Shown here one piece after another: positions 45,637-47,940 of a stretch of DNA of 47,940 nt. Position numbers and translations under genes: made by a program. The stretch is taken from assembly GCA_964648555.1 (NCBI GenBank), contig CAZYLJ010000001.1:1-47940 (forward strand), read 5' to 3'. How positions within the stretch are numbered: position 1 is the first letter of the stretch; each line of letters opens with the position of its first letter. The DNA is from an uncultured Acutalibacter sp. GTDB lineage: Bacteria > Bacillota > Clostridia > Oscillospirales > Acutalibacteraceae. The notes beneath the pieces are model-generated. The model did no database searches. It saw only the letters and a list, made by a program, of their open reading frames with translations, and was not told the DNA's origin.

Positions 45637-46683
45637 TCAGCGGACGGAGAAACGGTACACAGTCCGGGTGGAGAAGGGCTCTCCCGGCTTTAAATAAGCG
45701 AATGGGAAGTTCTCATGGTTCACGGAATCCGGATAGAACTGGGTCTCAAGGCAGAAGGCGGTGTGAGGCTTCATGGGATTGCCGTCCTTACCAACAAGGC
45801 CGGAAACTGAATTAAAGGTGTACAGCTGCACGCCGGGCAGGTCTGACCAGACCTCCATAACACGGCCGCTTTCCGGCTCATACGCCTCGGCAAGCTTGCG
45901 GAAACCCTGCCCATCCACGCAGAAGTTGTGGTCAAAACCACCGCAAAGCTTGATCATGTGGTCGTCGGCAAACATGTCCTTGCCAATCTTCTTGCCCTTG
46001 GTAAAGTCCAGAGGGCCGCCCGCCACGTCCTGATACGTGCCGTTCGGAATCAGGTCGTCGGAAACATTGGTGACTTTGGCGGCATTGATGGTGAGCTCCG
46101 TGTCCAGCACATCCTTCTGGGGGTCGCCGGAAAGGTTAAAGAAGGAGTGGTTCGTGGGATTAAAGGGCGTCTCGGCATCGGAAACGGCGTCGTAGCGGAG
46201 TTCGAGAGAATTGTCCTTTTTCAGGGTGTAGGTGACGGTGAGCTTCAGTTCGCCGGGGTAACCCTCGTCGCCGTCGGGGCTTATGTGGGTAAAGGTGACA
46301 GAGGGTTCACCCCCCTCCTGAGAGGTCTTCATATCCCACAGCACCTGATGATAGCCGCCGGGGCCGCCATGCAGGGTATTCCTGCCATCGTTTTTGGAAA
46401 GCTGATAGGTCTTGCCGTTCAGGGTGAACTCCGCGTTGCCGATGCGGTTTGCGTACCGGCCCACAAAAGAGCCCTGGTAATTGGAGCCGAAATATTCTTC
46501 CAGGGTGCGGTGACCCAGAACCACATCGCCCAGGTTTCCATTTTTATCTTTGGTAAGGAGCTTGATAATGCGGCAGCCGTAATTGGTGACAACAAGCGTC
46601 ATGCCGCTGTCGCTTTCCAGGGTGCAGAGGTGGGCAGTCCGGCCGTCAGCCAGCTTGCCAAACTCAGTCAGTTTGATATTCAA
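45637..46683 (-). CDS. galM: Aldose 1-epimerase (galactose mutarotase)
   Basis: GRYANRI, LHGG, GDEGYPG, NPTNHSFFNL, FDHNF, FCLETQ. Confidence 0.95.
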   Translation of the reverse strand: MNIKLTEFGKLADGRTAHLCTLESDSGMTLVVTNYGCRIIKLLTKDKNGNLGDVVLGHRTLEEYFGSNYQGSFVGRYANRIGNAEFTLNGKTYQLSKNDGRNTLHGGPGGYHQVLWDMKTSQEGGEPSVTFTHISPDGDEGYPGELKLTVTYTLKKDNSLELRYDAVSDAETPFNPTNHSFFNLSGDPQKDVLDTELTINAAKVTNVSDDLIPNGTYQDVAGGPLDFTKGKKIGKDMFADDHMIKLCGGFDHNFCVDGQGFRKLAEAYEPESGRVMEVWSDLPGVQLYTFNSVSGLVGKDGNPMKPHTAFCLETQFYPDSVNHENFPFAYLKPGEPFSTRTVYRFSVR

Positions 46684-46686
46684 CGC

Positions 46687-47643
46687 TTACGCCCCCTTAC
46701 CCAGCAGGGCCGCGCCGACGATACCGGCATCGTTGCCGAGCTCCGCGCGGCAGATGGCCGTCTTCTTAGAGGAGTTCATGGCGTACTGGCGGGCTGCAAC
46801 AAAGTCACGCAGCGGAGCCATCAGCGTCTCGCGCTCATTGGAAATGCCGCCGCCCACGCAGAGAATGTCGGGCTGGAAGATGTTGACCATATTGACAATG
46901 CCCTCGCCCAGGTAGTGGATGTACTCGTCCACGATCTCCTTGCCGATGGGGTCGCCCTGGCGCATGGCGTCAAAGGCGGTGCGGCCGTTGACCTTCTCCA
47001 GATCGCCCTCCACGATGGTCCACAGGGGAGAATCCTTGGGGGCTTTCTCCATGTGCTCCTTGGTCATGCGGATCAGCCCGGTAGCGGAGGCGTAAGCCTC
47101 CCAGCAGCCGTTGCGGCCGCAGGAGCAGGGCTTGCCATCCACCACGATGACGGTGTGGCCGAGCTCAGCCCCGGCAAAGTTGCTGCCGGCGTAAATTTTG
47201 CCGTTGATGATGACTCCGCCGCCGATGCCTGTACCCAAAGTGATGGCGATGGCGTTGTTGGCGCCCTTCAATGCGCCATTCATGTATTCGCCGTAAGCTG
47301 CGGCATTGGCGTCGTTCTCCATTTCCACGCGCTTGCCGTCCAGACGCTCAGAGAGCATCTTCACCATGGGAGTGTTGCGGAAGGGCAGGTTGTTGGCGTA
47401 CTCGATGATGCCGGTCTCGCGGTTGACGGTGCCGGGAGAGCCGATGCCTACCCAGGGGATGTCATCGAGAGTAAGGCCGGCGTTTTTCAACGCCTCACGG
47501 GCGGTAGCAGCCATGGCGTCCGCCACTTGCTCGGCGCTGTCGGTCTGGGTTTTTGAGGATGCGCGGGCGACGATCTTATACTCCTCATCCACAATGCCCA
47601 CGGCGATATTGGTACCGCCCAGGTCGATTCCAAGATAGTACAT
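46687..47643 (-). CDS. ROK family sugar kinase (glucokinase-like)
   Basis: GIDLGGT, ENDANAAAYGE, TLGTGIGGG, ELGH, CSCGRNGCWE; no N-terminal HTH. Confidence 0.93.
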   Translation of the reverse strand: MYYLGIDLGGTNIAVGIVDEEYKIVARASSKTQTDSAEQVADAMAATAREALKNAGLTLDDIPWVGIGSPGTVNRETGIIEYANNLPFRNTPMVKMLSERLDGKRVEMENDANAAAYGEYMNGALKGANNAIAITLGTGIGGGVIINGKIYAGSNFAGAELGHTVIVVDGKPCSCGRNGCWEAYASATGLIRMTKEHMEKAPKDSPLWTIVEGDLEKVNGRTAFDAMRQGDPIGKEIVDEYIHYLGEGIVNMVNIFQPDILCVGGGISNERETLMAPLRDFVAARQYAMNSSKKTAICRAELGNDAGIVGAALLGKGA

Positions 47644-47770
47644 ACATAACGCTCCTTTGTTTTGTAATAGATGATAGGGCCTCGAAACTTAACTATAAGT
47701 ATACAATAAAGCGCATAGAAAAGTAAACGATTTCCGCAAAATTTTTACAGATTTTTTCAAAGCATCTCGC

Positions 47771-47799
47771 TTGATTTTGAAAGTGCCGTATGGTAAACT
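47771..47799 (+). promoter_or_regulatory. sigma-A promoter for tRNA-Leu
   Basis: TTGATT-17 nt-TAAACT with extended -10 TG. Confidence 0.6.
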
Positions 47800-47815
47800 G
47801 TATAAGTTATCATTT

Positions 47816-47902
47816 GCCGCTATGGCGGAATTGGCAGACGCAAGGGACTTAAAATCCCTCGGTGGCAACACCGTACCGGTTCGACCCCGGTTAGCGGCAC
47901 CA
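47816..47902 (+). tRNA. tRNA-Leu (anticodon TAA)
   Basis: GCCGCTA/TAGCGGC acceptor stem, AGGGA-CT-TAA-AA-TCCCT anticodon arm, long variable arm, GTTCGA T loop, encoded CCA. Confidence 0.97.
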
Positions 47903-47904
47903 AA

Positions 47905-47940
47905 AATCGTCAGGCCGTCCAAAAGGGCGGGCTGATGATT
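47905..47940 (+). terminator. Hairpin downstream of tRNA-Leu (probable terminator)
   Basis: AATCGTCAGGCCGTCC-AAAA-GGGCGGGCTGATGATT imperfect inverted repeat; any T tract lies beyond the window edge. Confidence 0.55.

Noticed and set aside
45928-47556. Long plus-strand ORF (542 aa), and similar ones at 6784..8115, 19139..20617, 26068..27321, 28681..29985 and 39815..41134
   Set aside because: They are antisense shadows of well-supported minus-strand genes, expected from high GC at third codon positions; no recognisable motifs or RBS.
47689-47922. 77-aa minus-strand ORF
   Set aside because: It is the antisense of tRNA-Leu and its promoter.
47816-47940. tRNA-Leu as an integration site
   Set aside because: Only a hairpin follows within the window; no integrase or duplicated tRNA 3' end is visible, and sequence beyond 47940 cannot be assessed.
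1-47940. CRISPR arrays, IS elements, prophage or defence genes
   Set aside because: No regularly spaced repeats, transposase or integrase motifs, or phage genes were seen; intergenic gaps are all short and the content is core housekeeping and sporulation genes.

Overview
Core chromosomal window of a moderately high-GC, endospore-forming Clostridia-class bacterium (Oscillospirales-like gene order, inferred). Almost all genes are on the minus strand. In transcription order from the right end: ROK kinase-galM-NUDIX; spoIIIAA-AH; nusB-xseAB-ispA-Zn phospholipase C-like-GNAT; site-2 protease-scpAB-ytfI/ytfJ-dacB-rluB; yicC-remA-gmk-rpoZ-priA-def-fmt-rsmB-rlmN-prpC-prkC-rsgA-thiN; a compact spore-coat block (small Cys-rich ORF, SpoVM-like peptide, SPOCS/LysM protein, spoIVA, small membrane ORF, SpoIVFB-like protease); a radical SAM pair; rplS-lepB-lepB-rbgA-rnhB-yraN-dipeptidase; a thrC remnant; and tig-clpP-clpX-lon (lon runs off the window edge). 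rpmB and tRNA-Leu(TAA) are on the plus strand. No transposase, integrase, prophage or CRISPR array is visible. The strongest novel candidate is the nusB leader: a sigma-A promoter, a boxA-like element inside an antiterminator strand, then an intrinsic terminator, which fits NusB-dependent autoregulatory attenuation. All calls come from reading the sequence by eye; no searches or folding programs were run.
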